This document shows, one piece after another, positions 50,016 to 64,000 of a stretch of DNA of 64,000 bases. The notes under the pieces were generated by a model. The model did not search any database and was not told where the DNA came from. It saw only the letters and a program-made list of their open reading frames with translations. Within the stretch, counting starts at the first letter, position 1. Every line of letters starts with the position of its first letter. Location: assembly GCA_951406725.2 (NCBI GenBank), contig OX597822.1, forward strand, positions 42,098,001 to 42,162,000. Reading direction: 5' to 3'. The stretch is from Octopus vulgaris (lineage: Eukaryota). Both the position numbers and the translations under genes were made by a program.

Positions 50016-50629
50016 ACTGGTAGGTGAAACTACCGACTGGAATAGATAAATTATATGAATTCACAAAAAAACTGTGTAATAAATTACTCAAATACAAAAA
50101 TCAAAACCTAGAGTTGTTTATTGCAATTTAACGAATTTCACACAATAGCACATTGTTTGTGCGTGTGTACTCACACACACACATTTATTTACTGATAACA
50201 GTTTAAACAGCACTTATTGCAGCATATGTAGCAAATATTGGAAAATGAAAGAATGGTTAATCATCTGAAAAGGAAAAAAATAATCATGTATAAATCTACA
50301 AACTGCTGACAAACAACACAACTTTTCTAATTCTTCATAGGTACAGACTGTAATGAACTAATGATCAAACAGATTTATCATTGAAGACACACAAACTCTT
50401 CCAATTAGGATGAAACCAATTAGCGATAACTCAGAAATATTTACATCTGCATACACACCACAAACAGGATCGACAGATGAAAAGAAAGAAACTACCTCAA
50501 TGATTATGACAGTAATTTCATTATTGTGGCTGGCATCTTCAAGGGTCACATAAGCCAAAACACCACGACATACATAGAGGCTATGGTGAGAGAAATAAGG
50601 AGGATGTAAAGCTCTGAGAGTTCTGTAAC

Positions 50630-51240
50630 GCACACTTTAAGAAACCAGCCAGTCACTTCATCACCTACCAATCTGGTGAACACATAAGTCAAATAGATTA
50701 TATTTTCACCGGGAAATGGGAGAGAGACTATTGTAAATACCAAAACCTTTCCAGGGGAAGAATGCACTATGCAACATAGATTAGTGGTTAGTAATTTCAG
50801 AGTCAGAGCCAGGAAGACACAGACGCAAAAGACAATGTGAAGAAGGAAGATATGAAAACTAAAAGAGCTTGCAGTAGGGAATAGATCTAAAGAAATTCTG
50901 CTTGATGCATATGACTGTATGGAGAGAAAGATACCTGTAGCATCAATGACAATCAAGACTTTCTATGAAAAGAACCTAAGGGCTACAAATCAGACATGCA
51001 AAGTCCCTGCCAGACTGAAGATAATATGATTGAAAGAATAGTAAAGGTTAAGAGATAGATTTGGGAAGCCTGGAAGGAAGATGTAGCAGAGAGCATTATC
51101 AAATAGTTAGAAGAGCAGCTAAGTAACAGATAAACTTGGTTTAGGGCAAGGCAGATGGGAAGAGATTTGCACATACCCTACAATGTAAGCATCAGAGGTG
51201 TGAAGTGTTCAGGATTACTAGAGAATGTGAGAGAGAGAAT
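50630..51240 (+). mobile_element. Degenerate RTE LINE endonuclease/linker fragment
   Basis: Plus frame FKKPASHFITYQSGEHISQIDYIF...KTFPGEECTMQHRLVVSNF (AP-endonuclease C-terminal motifs). Confidence 0.7.
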
Positions 51241-52168
51241 CAGAGTATCAATGATAAGAAGTGTATCCAGAATAATGAGGGAATACTTATAACCGAGATA
51301 AGACACAAGAAAGTGGCATAATTTTTTTTTTTCTTTGGAAATTTGCCTGATCACAAATGTCTGATGTTCAAAACAATCCAAAAACTACTTTTAGTAATAA
51401 CATGCCGTATAAAAAAGATTGACTTTTAAAAAATACTCTCACTCAGCCCTCTAGCATTCAAATTATTCTGTCAAATAGAATACTTATTTATTCATGTTGT
51501 TTTCATTTAATCATGCTTTATCATACAGCTTTGATATTTTGATGATGTGATTATTTTTACAATGACATTGTAGCATTAAGTGTGAAAGGCTGGTTTTGGT
51601 CACATTCACATTAAAAAGGTAGAATATTTGGCCCAGCTATGGCCAGTTTAAATGCTCTCCTGTGGCTATACAATAACCAAAACAAATAAATGAATGATTT
51701 GGTAAAAGAATTGTGACAGTTAAGCATGAAACTAAAGAAAAGGGAAAAAAACATCAATGCCCGTAATTACCAGCTGTAAAACGAAAAGCTGTTTGATATA
51801 TCAATACAAATCATTTTTTTTAAAATTAAGCACAAATTGATGATGGAAGAAAGATAACTCCATATTTTAACTATTTTATTTTAATTTCAATACATTCAAA
51901 TATTTCTGGCAATCTATTTCACTATGTGCACCGGCCTTAAGTACCAAATAATTCAAGGCAGGATAGTCACGACTGGAATACTTTTAATCATAAATCTACT
52001 CAATCAGGACTGACCCAGGGCTAAACAACATTCGAAGTAATCCTCCTCTCTACTCCTACCTACACTGTACAAAATATTCTACAGCTGGAACCCCCGGCCA
52101 TGGCAGAGAAAGAACACCCCCCCCCCCCCATTTTATTGACTATAGGAGTCTGCAGGGTATTTTTGCAT

Positions 52169-52200
<32 letters not shown>

Positions 52201-53271
52201 AAGCGGAAGATCCTCAGGTCTATGAAAAAATAGTGTTGCGTGAAACTGTAGAATGGTGCAAAGAATGTAAAGGAAGAGTCCCCCACCTCCTTTTTTTTTT
52301 TTTTATCTAAAACTCTATCCTTTAACATTGCAGTGTTTAGGCGTAGAATTCCAATGAGGGACTTATAACAATTAAAGGTACTGCCCCGACCATCTCAGAC
52401 TAACACAAACAAAGTCTACATAAATTTCCCAATGTGGTGCAATATCAGCTCCAAAACCAGGTCAAAACAAACAACTTCGACGTAATAGATTGACCGTTGC
52501 AGTGCAGCAAATACATGTTCCTCTATTGATCTTTCCCAATCAAAACTGATTAGAGACCCTTTATTTACAATAAACAAGGGTTGTTGAGGCGTGTGGGGAG
52601 TATTTCGATTGAAAAGTATAGGAACAACAGTTTCTTTAATGATTGTGTCAAATTTTGGCACAAGGCTAGTAATTTTAGGGAGAAGAGGATAGTCGATAAC
52701 ATCGACCCCAGTACAAGACTAGTAATTTATTTTATCGACCCCAAAAGGAGGAAAGGCAAGGTCGAACTCGGAGGAATCATTTCTTTCATATTAGGTAATT
52801 GTCGTGAAACATGACTCATGGAATTTTGAGTTTTCTTTCTATTTATTATTATTATTATTATTATTTTGTAGAGGAAGTGTTTTGTAAAAAACGGAGTGGG
52901 AAGTTTGAAGAATTATTGAAGGAAAATAAGGGAAAAGAAAGGAACTTTGTGTCTGTACAAATATCGCGTCTCTTGTTACCTAGACAGTGATATAGACTAA
53001 TATAAATGAACAGACCAAGGGCTAAATAGGATGAGAGTAACAGAAATGATATAAAACGACGTAAATAAAATAGATTAAAAGAAAAAAAATGTAGGAATAT
53101 TAGGTAGTCATGAAAAGATAAAGTATAACCGAGAAAATATTACTGAAATGTGCAATATTTCATCGCAGATAAACTCTTTGTAAAATAAGAGTGTCGTAGT
53201 GTGCGTGTTTAATATATATAGGTACTATTTAAGAAGTAAATAAAAAAACATAGCTCTTCTTAAATATTACC

Positions 53272-53303
<32 letters not shown>

Positions 53304-53463
53304 CACAGAGCAGCTTAAACTCTCTCATTATCTTTGGTATTTCTGAAGAAATATTTTCATGGTAGACATCATTCTTGTCATACTGGAATATTCGAGTAGC
53401 CTGAATATCAAAAATCTCTAAATAAAGCAGCAAAGAGTGGGCAATAAGAATTAAGTAACTTAC

Positions 53464-53600
53464 CAGAACAGAAATAGTTAAAAAGTTGGAAGAAATACTT
53501 TGGCGTAAAGAATGAAGATCAAAACAGACGAGTGAAAGAAACTTCTTCGGAGACACGAGTGCAGTTATGACTCTATCTAACTATTCTTAGCCGTATTTTC
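53464..53600 (-). promoter_or_regulatory. Candidate non-coding first exon/promoter of ZNF622
   Basis: The ATG exon has an acceptor TTTATCTATTCCAG at 50037-38. Strong minus-strand donor CTG|GTAAGT at 53458-53463 in a locally CpG-richer stretch. Unproven. Confidence 0.4.
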
Positions 53601-55486
53601 GTTTTCCGTATTGCATCACATGTAGTAATATATATTTATCAGTGATCAATTAGTGTAATTATACAGTTATATTCACATTTTAATGGCACTAAAATATTAA
53701 TTATAATTATTTGTCATATATGATTATTTTTTCAACACTTATACCTTCCTAAAAAAATTATTTACTGTGCTACTTTCAAGTTCATGTGGATATTATTTCT
53801 GACAGACATTAATACCGTATTAACCATTTTTGGTCTAATTTGATTCATGCCTTAAAGAAAGACTGTTTATTAATCCATTGGCTGTTTACACGTTGTGTGA
53901 TGAAGTAGGCAAACAGATATTTGAGTGGTGATCCAACATATCGGTGTCGTGTTGTATGACAGCAACAAGTAAAAATTTAAAATTTCAATTCGGGACTTTT
54001 TGAATTAAATAGTTCAGAGTGAATGGTTTCATATAACATTAAAATGTAATAATGAAAGATGTACTGAAGTAGTGAAACTTGAAAATAGTTGATACATTGA
54101 TAGGTAATCATCATCATCGTCGTCATCGTCACAATTGTTTAACGTCCATTTTCCATGTAGGCATGGGTTGGACAGTTCGGCAGAAGCGAACAAGCCAAAA
54201 AGACTGCAAGCTCCAGTTTTTTCTCTGGCATGGTTATTTTGTCTGGATGCCCTTCCTAATACCAACAACTTCACAGAGTGTATTGGGTATTATTTAAATG
54301 TCACCAGCACTAGTGTGATCAAGTAAACTGCAAGACAAGACCCTCTCAACTGAGGTACATGTAATATTGATGGATGATGAGAAGTTACAGTATGATAGTG
54401 GAACAGACACGTGTCTTCCAGTAGAGGAGACACATGATTAACCAGTTAGAAACAAGAGATGGTGATTAAGATGTGTTAGGGTACACATTCAAGTTACTGG
54501 AAAGTGAATATAAGAGTAGTCCAGAGAATTGGACAGGGTGAACTGGCAGGCAAGTTTGCTAGAGGGCAAAAGGAGAGTGACAGATGAATAGAGGTAGAGA
54601 TAAGGCGAATGTAGTGAATAGAGGCATGGTCAATGGTGGGGATGGTGGAAGTAATAGAAGGTAGCACAGGTGATGTGAAATGTGGGTGGTGTGCAAGAGA
54701 TGCACAGTACCAAGGATAAGGTCAGTGGTACAGAGGGGTGGAAATATCAGTTGAACATAGGTAGAGGGGGCTGTCATTGGCAGAATGAGAGGGTGTACAG
54801 GCGAAAAAATGGAGGTGAAAGGGGTGTTCAGTGGAAAATAAAATGATAATGGATGACACTGAGAATGCAAGAGACAGAGAGAAGTGGTTCCATGGAGGAC
54901 GGGTGAGAGTACACGAAGATGAGGAAGAACTTGGTGTTGTTTCACTCTTATATAATTACAGCAGCTGAGTGAATAGTGCCATGGACATGAGTGATGGAAG
55001 GATGGATATTTGGAAGATAAGTTGAGGGAAAGAGACACATAAGGGACAGATTGGGTGCAGTGGCATAGATATGAATTATATACTTTTAAGGCCTCATTTT
55101 TACTGAAACAGACTGATCTTCTCAAGCCCAAAAAATTGCCAATCATCTTGATCCTATGGATGGATGCTCTTCCAAACACTGACCACTCTACAGTATATAC
55201 TGGATTCCTTTATCATGCCACTATGCAGTTTGTAAGACTATGAACCTCAAGAGGAGCAGCTATATGCTAGGCAATAGTATGAGAGAGTGGTACAGAGCAG
55301 TACAGGTTTCTCCCTGGAGAGGAGCCACATGGCTTCTCATATTTTAGAAAAGAGGAGTGGAATGACTGGGGTGAAGCAGAAAACAGATAAAGACAATGCA
55401 TCGAACTTCAGGGTATGAGATGAGTAACACCTCACTCGTTCTCTATCTCTCACTCTTTGATATATATACATATATATGTATATATA

Positions 55487-56239
55487 TCATCATCATCGTT
55501 TAACGTCCGCTTTCCATGCTAGCATGGGTTGGACGTATGACTGAGGGCTGGCGAACCAGATGGCTGCACCAGGCTTCAATCTCGATCTGGCAGAGTTTCT
55601 GGATGCCCTTCCTAATGCCAACCACTCCGAGAGTGTAGTGGGTGCTTTTACATGCCACCGGCATGGGGCCAGTCATGCAGCACTGGCAACGACCTTGCTT
55701 GAATCATTTACACATGCCACCAGCACGGGTGCCAGTAAGGTGATGCTGGTAACGATCACGCTCGAATGGTGTCTTTTATGTGCCACCGGCACGAAGGCCA
55801 AACAGCCACTCTGGCAACGATCATGCTCGGATGGTGCTCTTAATACCCTACTAGCACGGGGCTCTAGTGCCAGTAATGCGACGCTGGTAACGATCACGCT
55901 CGAATGGTGCCTTTTAAGTGTCACTGGAATGGAAGCCGGTTAGCCAATCTGTCAATGATCACACTTGTATGGTGCTCTTTGCACCCCGCTAGCATGGACG
56001 CCAGTCATCAAATTTGATTTTGATTTTTGATTTCACTTGCCTCAACAGGTCTTCACAAGCAGAGTTTTAGTGTCCAAAGAAGGAAAAGGTATGCATAAGT
56101 GGGCTGGTAACGCCCCTGGCATAGGCCACGAGATTATGGTCTCATTTGGCTTGCCGGGTCTTCTCACACACGGCATATTTCCAAAAGTCTTGGTCACTAG
56201 TCATTTCCTCGGTGAGGCCCAAAGTTCGAAGGTCATGCC
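55487..56239 (-). mobile_element. RTE LINE 3' UTR copy (tandem with next copy)
   Basis: (CAT)n tail and alternating tandem units at 55640-56000. Confidence 0.8.
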
Positions 56240-56254
56240 TATATATATATATAT

Positions 56255-57760
56255 ATCATCATCATCGTTTAATGTCCATTTTCCATGCTGGCATGGATTG
56301 GATGGTTCAACTGGGGTCTGGGAAGCCAGGAGGCTGCACCAGACTCCAGTCTGATCTGGCAGTGTTTCTACAGCTGGATGCCCTTCCTAATGCCAACCAC
56401 TCCAAGAGTGTAGTGGGTGCTTTTAACAGGGGCCAGAGGGGGCTGGCAATGACCATGATCAGTTGGTGCTTTTTATATGCCACCGGCACAGAAGCCAGTC
56501 AAGATGGCGCTGGCATCAGCCACATTTGGATAGTGCTTTTTACGTGCCACCAGCACAGGGATCACAACTACAATATCCATTTTATTTTGGTTTTGATGTA
56601 CTTGACTCCTCAAGCATGGCATGTCACCCTACGATCCAAGGTACTTTTGAGTGGCTTGATTGTGCAACACTGGTGTAGGTTACAGCTGTGAACTCACTCT
56701 ATTTGCTGGGTCTTCTCAGTCACAGCATATCTCCAGAGGTCTCGGTCTTTTGTCATTGCCTCTGTGAGGCCCAATGTTCGAAGGTCATGCTTCACCACCA
56801 CATCCCATGTCTTCCTGGGTCTCCCTCTACCCTGGATTCCTTCCACTGTTTGGGAGTGGCACTTGTTCGCACAGCTCTCCTCATCCCACCGTAGTACATG
56901 ACCATACCAATGCAAACATCTCTCTTGCATGCCACTTCTGATGCTTCTTATGTCTAACTTTTCTCTCAGGGTGCTTACACTCTGTCATGTGTGCACACTG
57001 ACATTACATATCCAGCAGGTCATGCTAGCTTCATTTCTTTCGAGCCTATGCATGTCTTCAGCAGTCACGGTCCATTTTTCACTGCCGGAAAGCATGGCAG
57101 TTCACACACATGCATCATACAATCTACCTTTCACTCTGAGTGAGAGGCCTTTTGTCACCAGTAGGCGTATGAGCTTTCTGAACTTTACCCAGGCTATTCT
57201 TATTCTAGTGGTAACACTCTCTGAGCATCCACCCCCACTACAGACTTGGTCACCTAGGTAGCAGAAGCTATCAACTACTTCTAGTTTCTCCCCCTGGCAT
57301 GTGATGGAATCTGTTTTCTGAGCATCTGTGGTGTTTATTGCCCCTGTGCATCTGCCGCACACAAACGTTATCTTCCTGGTTAATCTTCCTTTGATGTTGC
57401 TGCACCTCATATGTGTCCATAGCTTACACTGGGTACATATTATGAAGTTTCTACCTACCCCTTTTCAATAGATCAAGCAAGACCACCTACCTGAAGGGGT
57501 GTGTGATGTGTTCACCTTCCTACTTACTAGAACTTTGGTCTTCGCAATATTGACTCTAAGGCCCTTTGATTCTAAACCTTGCTTCCACACCCGAAATTTC
57601 TTCTCTAGTTCTGGTAGTGATTCTGCTATGAGGGCCAGGTCATCAGCTTAGAGGAGCTCCCAGGGGCAACCTTTCTTGAATTCCTCTGTTATTGCCTGGA
57701 GGACTATGATAAATAAGAGGGGGCTGAGGGCTGAACTTTGGTGGACCCCTACTTCTACCC
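56255..57760 (-). mobile_element. 5'-truncated RTE-clade LINE (RT C-terminal half plus 3' UTR)
   Basis: GVHQSSALSPLLF...CPWELL*ADDLAL...LRVNIAKTKVL...KLEVVDSFCYLGD...RCLHWYGHVLR...GRGRPRKTW; (GAT)n tail. Confidence 0.9.
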
Positions 57761-58555
57761 AGATATATATATATATACACGTAGTGGATCTTGCATGCAT
57801 GAAGTGGATTCGATCCACCATAGCCAAATTTAAATTAACACTGCATCAGAACTTTTCCCACAATGGAACAATGGTCTTTCTCTGACAACAGTTTTACATT
57901 TTCCAGATGCCTTTAGCTAGGCCGAAATATCTTCACCACTTGACCCTTTCTAACCTCTTCTGCTTCACCAAAAGCCAGGATAGAAATAACAAGATCACCA
58001 ACTAAATCTATTGTTCTCAATGATATATCTATCCTTCTGGATAGTTATGTAAGCAAGCATACCCAAAGCAAAAATTAGTTAGTCACATTGTGACAACTCA
58101 ATTAGTTAGGGAACAGACAGCTAGAATCATGATCACAAGGAATCCAGCTACTAAAGATACTGGTCAGCAAGAGAAATGAAGTTTACTGTTAGCAACTGTG
58201 AGACAACGTCCCACAACCTACTACTCTCACTAGCTCTAATTCTGTTCTCTTACAACATCATTCTATCTCTCTCTGTATTTACTACTAAACAATGAAGAGG
58301 ACACAAACACAAACTTTACTTCACATGCTTTTGGATTTATCATAACCTGCCCATTGGGGCAAGGTAGCTGTAATGTAATGGTAAATAAATACTTTCTTAA
58401 AACTTCATGCATTGTTCACCTTTCACATCCTACAGTAAGCAATTATAGCAACAAATTGTTATCGTCACAACTGCTGACACCATTATACCATTATATTGTT
58501 TACCAATCAATCTTACCCATTACAATTGGTAACTACACTAATATCAATCTCAACT

Positions 58556-58700
58556 GTTACATTTGGTGACCCCGAACAAAAGAATCACTGCCTTCTGAAA
58601 CTGCATTACCAACAGTCACAACTGGCGACCCCAACGCTGCACCATAAATAAAACTACAAAAATAAAACTTCATCGCTTACAGTTGGGGAACCTGTGAGAG
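58556..58700 (+). mobile_element. LTR-retrotransposon relic: LTR-end CA, tRNA-Trp-type primer binding site, weak PPT and TG
   Basis: GTTACA-TT-TGGTGACCCCGA (58564-75) is complementary to the 3' end of eukaryotic tRNA-Trp; AGTTGGGGAACC|TGTGAG at 58681-98. Confidence 0.5.
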
Positions 58701-60521
58701 ACATATAGCCTGTAGATCAGTGGGGAAGGGAAAGGATGGGAAATTTCATAGGAAAGTGGGAGAGGAGTGACAGATGGTTAGAGATGGGACCAGAGTTGGA
58801 TGTAAAAAAAAATAAATGTTCCTTCTCAAGCCATGCCAGGCTCATAAGGGCTGGTTTCCCAGTTTCAGTGGTGTAGAAATTCCCTACCTGAACGGAATGC
58901 CAGTCCGCCACAGGATTACTCGTTTTTGCCAGCTGAGTGGACTGGAGCAATGTGAAATGAAGAGTTTTGCTCAAGAACATAATGCGTCGCCCGATCCAGG
59001 AATTGAAACCACATCCTTACGACCATGAGTTCAACACCTTAACCACAAAGCCATGCGCCTCCACAGAGTTGGATGTAGTGAATGATAAAAAGAGTAGAGA
59101 TGTGGTTGATGGGGAGGTGAGAAAGATAGACTTGACTCAGGAAGAAGGAGATGACAAGAAACTGTACAAGAGATGTGGAGATCAGCAGCATCATGAATCT
59201 GTGGATAGATCAGAAAGTAGGGGGCTGATGTGCAGTGTGTAAGAACAGAGAGGGAGGGGAAGGCGAGGAATAGTAGCAGAGGTAGGTGAGAATGGCTGTA
59301 ATGAGTGGGACAACAAAGATGGGAGGGTAGGAGAAAAACTTTGAAGTCACTGTCACCCCTCTTCTTGTAAAAGTACTACATCTATACAAGCAGGAAAAAT
59401 GCAGATGCAGGAGTGATAATATTTTTAATTAAACCTGGAAGAATACATAACAAGAAAAAGTGGAAGCTTAAAAATATTACAACTGAAAATGGATTTTGAA
59501 TTTAAATAATTTGTCTTTAAGTGGGTTTTGGATGAAGAAAGTAAGGAAGAGATTTAAGAGAAGACTAATGTGTACTTAAGCTGCATGTTGGTAAAGTGAC
59601 TAGATTTCAAGGGTCACTCTTTTCACCTCCTAGAGCCCTTCCATGAACATATCTAACTGAGATCATACTCAATGGTTTTATGCTGAGTCTGAGGAAGATA
59701 ACTGTTAAGCACACTGGAAAAAAGAGGTTTGTTGATGAAGCTTTATAGAAGTCATGAGTGTTGGTGGGTATCAAGAGTCCAATAATGTTGATTTATAGAA
59801 TTTCATGAACAGAGATTCCAAATCTTTTGTCCCTAGTGGGAATGAATTTCCATTTTTCAGTTGGGAAAGTTAAATCTCACTAAAACCACCACACCATTAT
59901 TTCTCAGCCAACAGGATACAATAGCCTACCTCACTGTTAATAAACAAGTTAGAGTACATCCTTTTCCTTCTTCTTTACTCTGTTACTTGTTTCAGTCATT
60001 TGACTGTGGCCATGCTGGAGCACCGCCTTTAGTCGAGCAAATTGACCCCAGGACTTATTCTTTGTAAGCCTAGAACTTATTCTATTGGTCTCTTTTGCTG
60101 AACCGCTAAGTTACTGGGACGTGAACACACCAGCATCAGAGAAACTAAATGAGCTCATATTTCTGTATTCTTAAATGTGAGCTCAGCTATAGTTAGAAAT
60201 TTTAAATTTTGGAAGGCAGATTGCATTTTCATCAATATAAGGACTTCAAACCCAGCCCCTCCTATCAGCCACCAAAGAACTTTTTTCATGGGGTTAGTTA
60301 CAATAAGAGTAATATTTTTTTATTTCAAATCTTATTTCAGCAACAATTTCTTCTTGCTCTGCACTTTTCCAGCTTAAATTTATAAAGAATATTATTACAT
60401 TTTCCCTGCTAGCACATTTTTTTAACAGGCAACACATTTTACAGCCAAAACAAATGTTAATATGAAAAAAACTCAGAAAGAATAAAAAGTAAATTAATTT
60501 TATTTCAATAATTTTAAACTA

Positions 60522-60943
60522 TACTCTTTACTCTTTTACTCTTTTACTTGTTTCAGTCATTTGACTGTGGCCATGCTGGAGCACAGCCTTTAGTCGAGCA
60601 AATCGACCCCAGGACTTATTCTTTGTAAGCCTAGGACTTATTCTATTGGTCTCTTTTGCTGAACTGCTAAGTTACAGGGACGTAAACACACCAGCATTGG
60701 TTGTCAAGCGATGTTGGGGGGACAAACACAGACACAAACATATACACACAAATACATGTATATATATATATACATATATACGATGGGCTACTTTCATTTT
60801 CTGTCTACCAAATCCACTCACAAGGCTTTGGTCGGCCCAAGGCTATAGCAGAAGACACTTGCCCAAGATGCCACACAGTGGGACTGAACCCGGAACCATG
60901 TGGTTCGTAAGCAAGCTACTTACCACACAGCCACTCCTACGCC
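60522..60943 (-). mobile_element. tRNA-derived SINE (family 1), near full length
   Basis: Reverse complement of 15661-16040; partial copy at 59975-60138. Confidence 0.85.
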
Positions 60944-62434
60944 TATATCCTTAAATCCTTAAAAATGTTTTAGCCTGAAGGCCGCAGACATGCTGGGGCA
61001 CCATAATAAAAAAAAAAAGTAAATTTTATAAATTGACAAAGAGAAAATTATATAAAGATGCCTATGAGAAATCTGAGATGAAAGGGAGTAATTCTAATAA
61101 AACAACAGTATATGAATTAAATGATGCCAGTCAGAAAGCAGTATAGCATGTATGAGTTCCCGAAATAAAAGGGGTCTGATCACATTTGTATTCTCTAGGA
61201 ACACCTCAATCCTACCACAAGTCACCTCATCACCATACTGTTGAACAAGAAACAAGAAACGAGAAACTCAAGAAGCTTTAAATGCTTCAAATGACCTTGA
61301 ACTTTTTTTTTTGTCTTTGAAACACAATGATGTGTCTGTCTCCTTTTCAATCCTCTCTTATAGAGGGAGCTCTTTCCCTCTATAAAAATCATGGTTATAA
61401 CATATTCTGGATGTAAATGGAAATATAATTGAAGACCAAGAACTGAGCCTTGTAGTAGCAAACATTTTTCATCTACAATGGCAGTACCCATATTAATAGT
61501 AAATACTTATTTGTAAGAAGATAAGACCTTTCTTTTTTTTAATTAAAATGACAGCTACATTAATGAAAAAAAAGAAAGTAGCTTAATGATTAACTTTAAT
61601 TAAGGGAAGTGGGAAAACAACCCCAGAATATAAACTGATTAAATATAGAATACAGTAGATGTTGAGGTGAGATGAGATTTAATAAGATAGAAACATGTCC
61701 AGAGTTGTCACCCTTACTATTAAGGGTTCAGACTCCTCTATAGTCTATGTTCATTAGAAATTCTAGGGTTATCTCCCCTGTCTTTCATGACTAAGTCATT
61801 TAGGTAATAATTTTTACTCGTCACTACAGAGGAGGAAGGTAATTTTAATCAATTATAGTTATCTGAGTCTTTCAAATATAATATATTTGAAAGCCTCATA
61901 TCTTTGTTTTTCCTATTGCATGCATTCTTGGTATTAGGAATATAAGTGCTCTAACCACACACAGAATCCATTACTTTAGCGGGAAGTTCTCTATAACTCT
62001 TTGCTATCATTTGAATGAATCACAATAGATTTGTTTCAGTGAGAACGTTTCAATGACTCACAAGGACAGACAGTCAATCAGGTCATAGCAAGAGATAACA
62101 ATCACTCTTCAAAATTTTAGAATATATAAACAACTGATTCACACACACACACACACACACACATATACTTTGTGTACCTTGGTGTTTGTATAGAGGGGTA
62201 TCTCATTAAACAATCAACGTACACTTGTGTGATGATAAGATTGGGCAAACATTTTATTTAATCATTCTCTTTGAAATGCAACTGTTCTGCGATAACATGG
62301 AATACATAATATATGTTAGACAGGTCTAACCTGCAATACATAGTATATGGATCTAACATAAAATATACTGTATATTATGACAGATCTAACCTGAAATATG
62401 TGATGTTTATGCAACACGGGTCTAACCAGAAGTA

Positions 62435-62469
<35 letters not shown>

Positions 62470-62473
<4 letters not shown>

Positions 62474-62690
62474 AGGGGCTGCTGAAAAGTTCCTAACTTT
62501 GAATAAAAGTAAATACAAGCAGAACAGTTAATTATGATTTTATTCAACATATTCTCCTCTCAGATTCACACACATATTGCAGCAGTCCTTCAGTTTTTCT
62601 AAGCCCTGTAAAAGAACTCAGAAGGTTGAGCCTCCAACTAGGCCTTTTGCAATACCCTTAAAGCCAAGTACTTTCCAGCACTCCCTTGTA
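62470..62690 (-). mobile_element. Mariner-derived MITE
   Basis: TA-flanked TIRs TATGAGGGGCTGCTGAAAAGTTCC / GTACTTTCCAGCACTCCCTTGTA; inverted copy of 12985-13207. Confidence 0.8.
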
Positions 62691-62710
62691 TATATGTGTC
62701 TATATATATG

Positions 62711-62834
<124 letters not shown>

Positions 62835-64000
62835 GAACACATTTCTAATCTTATATTTACAATGCGATGTGATAAGATTGTAAGACTGGTCTAATCTGGA
62901 GTACTTTATATTCCTGGTCTAACAAGCTTTGAAAGTTGTACACTGATGAACATTTTATAAAAAATAAAAAATAAAAACAACTACATTAACCTTCAAATAT
63001 TAGGACAGTCTACCTGCACATCATGAAACTACTAAATTCCAATGTAAGGGTTCCTGTGTGCTCACTTCAGTTTTTTAGAAATAACAGCCAAATTTGCTTA
63101 AAATCACTCCAACCATCTTAGAAGTTGTAGATGCATTTTCTGAAGAAAATATAGCTTAAGTCTGCTGGATCAAAGCTGGTCCAGGGCTAAACAGCAACAA
63201 TAAAAACCGGGACGCCTCTAAATAGTTATTTGACCTGATAGAAATACCAGCCAAATTTCCCCCAAATCACAATCTACTGTCTGAAAAAAAAGGTGTAGGA
63301 CATAGGATAATGTATTCTTAAATACATTATGCTGGAAAAAAAAATAACATGAGATAGTCACAGTTAGAAAGCATTTAAATTATACATCTGCTGGTTCAGG
63401 ACTGACCTGGATCTATACAACATCTTCAACTGTTAAAACTGAACTGACTTCATTGGGCACTGGATTAGATTCTATTTAAGTTGGCAGCATACCGTTTCCA
63501 CAGGAAGCAGCCAGAATATTTTCATGATTTTTAATATCAACACAAGTCAAACATTTTGTGAGATGGGTGGGTGCAGTTAAATTAAGTCCAGCACTTAAAT
63601 CTTTGGGTAAAAGAAATCTTTTATTAATCTTAAATCTTTTGTTGATGGAGGCAAGATGAAAGATCAAGTTGACATGTCTGGGTTATAAATACTGGCATTC
63701 CATCAGTTATGATGATGAGAGTTTCAGTTAATTCAATCAACAGAACAGCTTGCTCATGAAATTAATGTGAAAGTGGCCGAGCAATCTCTACAGACGTGTG
63801 TACCCTTAACATAGACCTCAGGGAGATTCAGTATGATACAGAATGTAACTAGGGTAGCCCTTTGAAATACAGGTACTACTCGTTTTTGCCAGCTGAATTA
63901 ATTGAAGCAACAAGAAATAAAGGGTCTTGATCAAGGATACAATGCGTTGGCAGGAATCAAACTCAAGACCTTAGGATTGTGAGCTAACACCCAAGTCACT

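Overview
AT-rich, microsatellite-laden eukaryotic DNA. The SINE and LINE repertoire suggests a coleoid cephalopod, probably Octopus (inference). Two complete intron-containing host genes were assembled by hand from GT-AG junctions. CROT (peroxisomal carnitine O-octanoyltransferase, + strand, 15 coding exons, 12811-42095, 616 aa, C-terminus AHL) and ZNF622/REI1 (- strand, 7 coding exons, 50015-42263, 416 aa) lie tail-to-tail with only 167 bp between the stop codons. The rest is mobile DNA: a degenerate maT/DD37D Tc1-mariner, a pseudogenised BED-finger hAT, a triple nest (Helitron > Merlin > SINE), RTE LINE pieces, a Penelope-like GIY-YIG remnant, mariner MITEs and several tRNA-derived SINE families. 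The two most unusual items are (i) a head-to-tail array at 1-2581 of two highly diverged Tx1-like elements that end without ORF2 (element B is ORF1-only), each followed by the identical 15-mer AATACGTAGTAGGCG, suggesting site-specific 'half-Tx1' retroelements stacking at one target; and (ii) a ~225-bp element at 40580 joining a tRNA-derived Pol III head to a Penelope-type minimal hammerhead ribozyme motif. No database searches were possible; family assignments rest on motif recognition.
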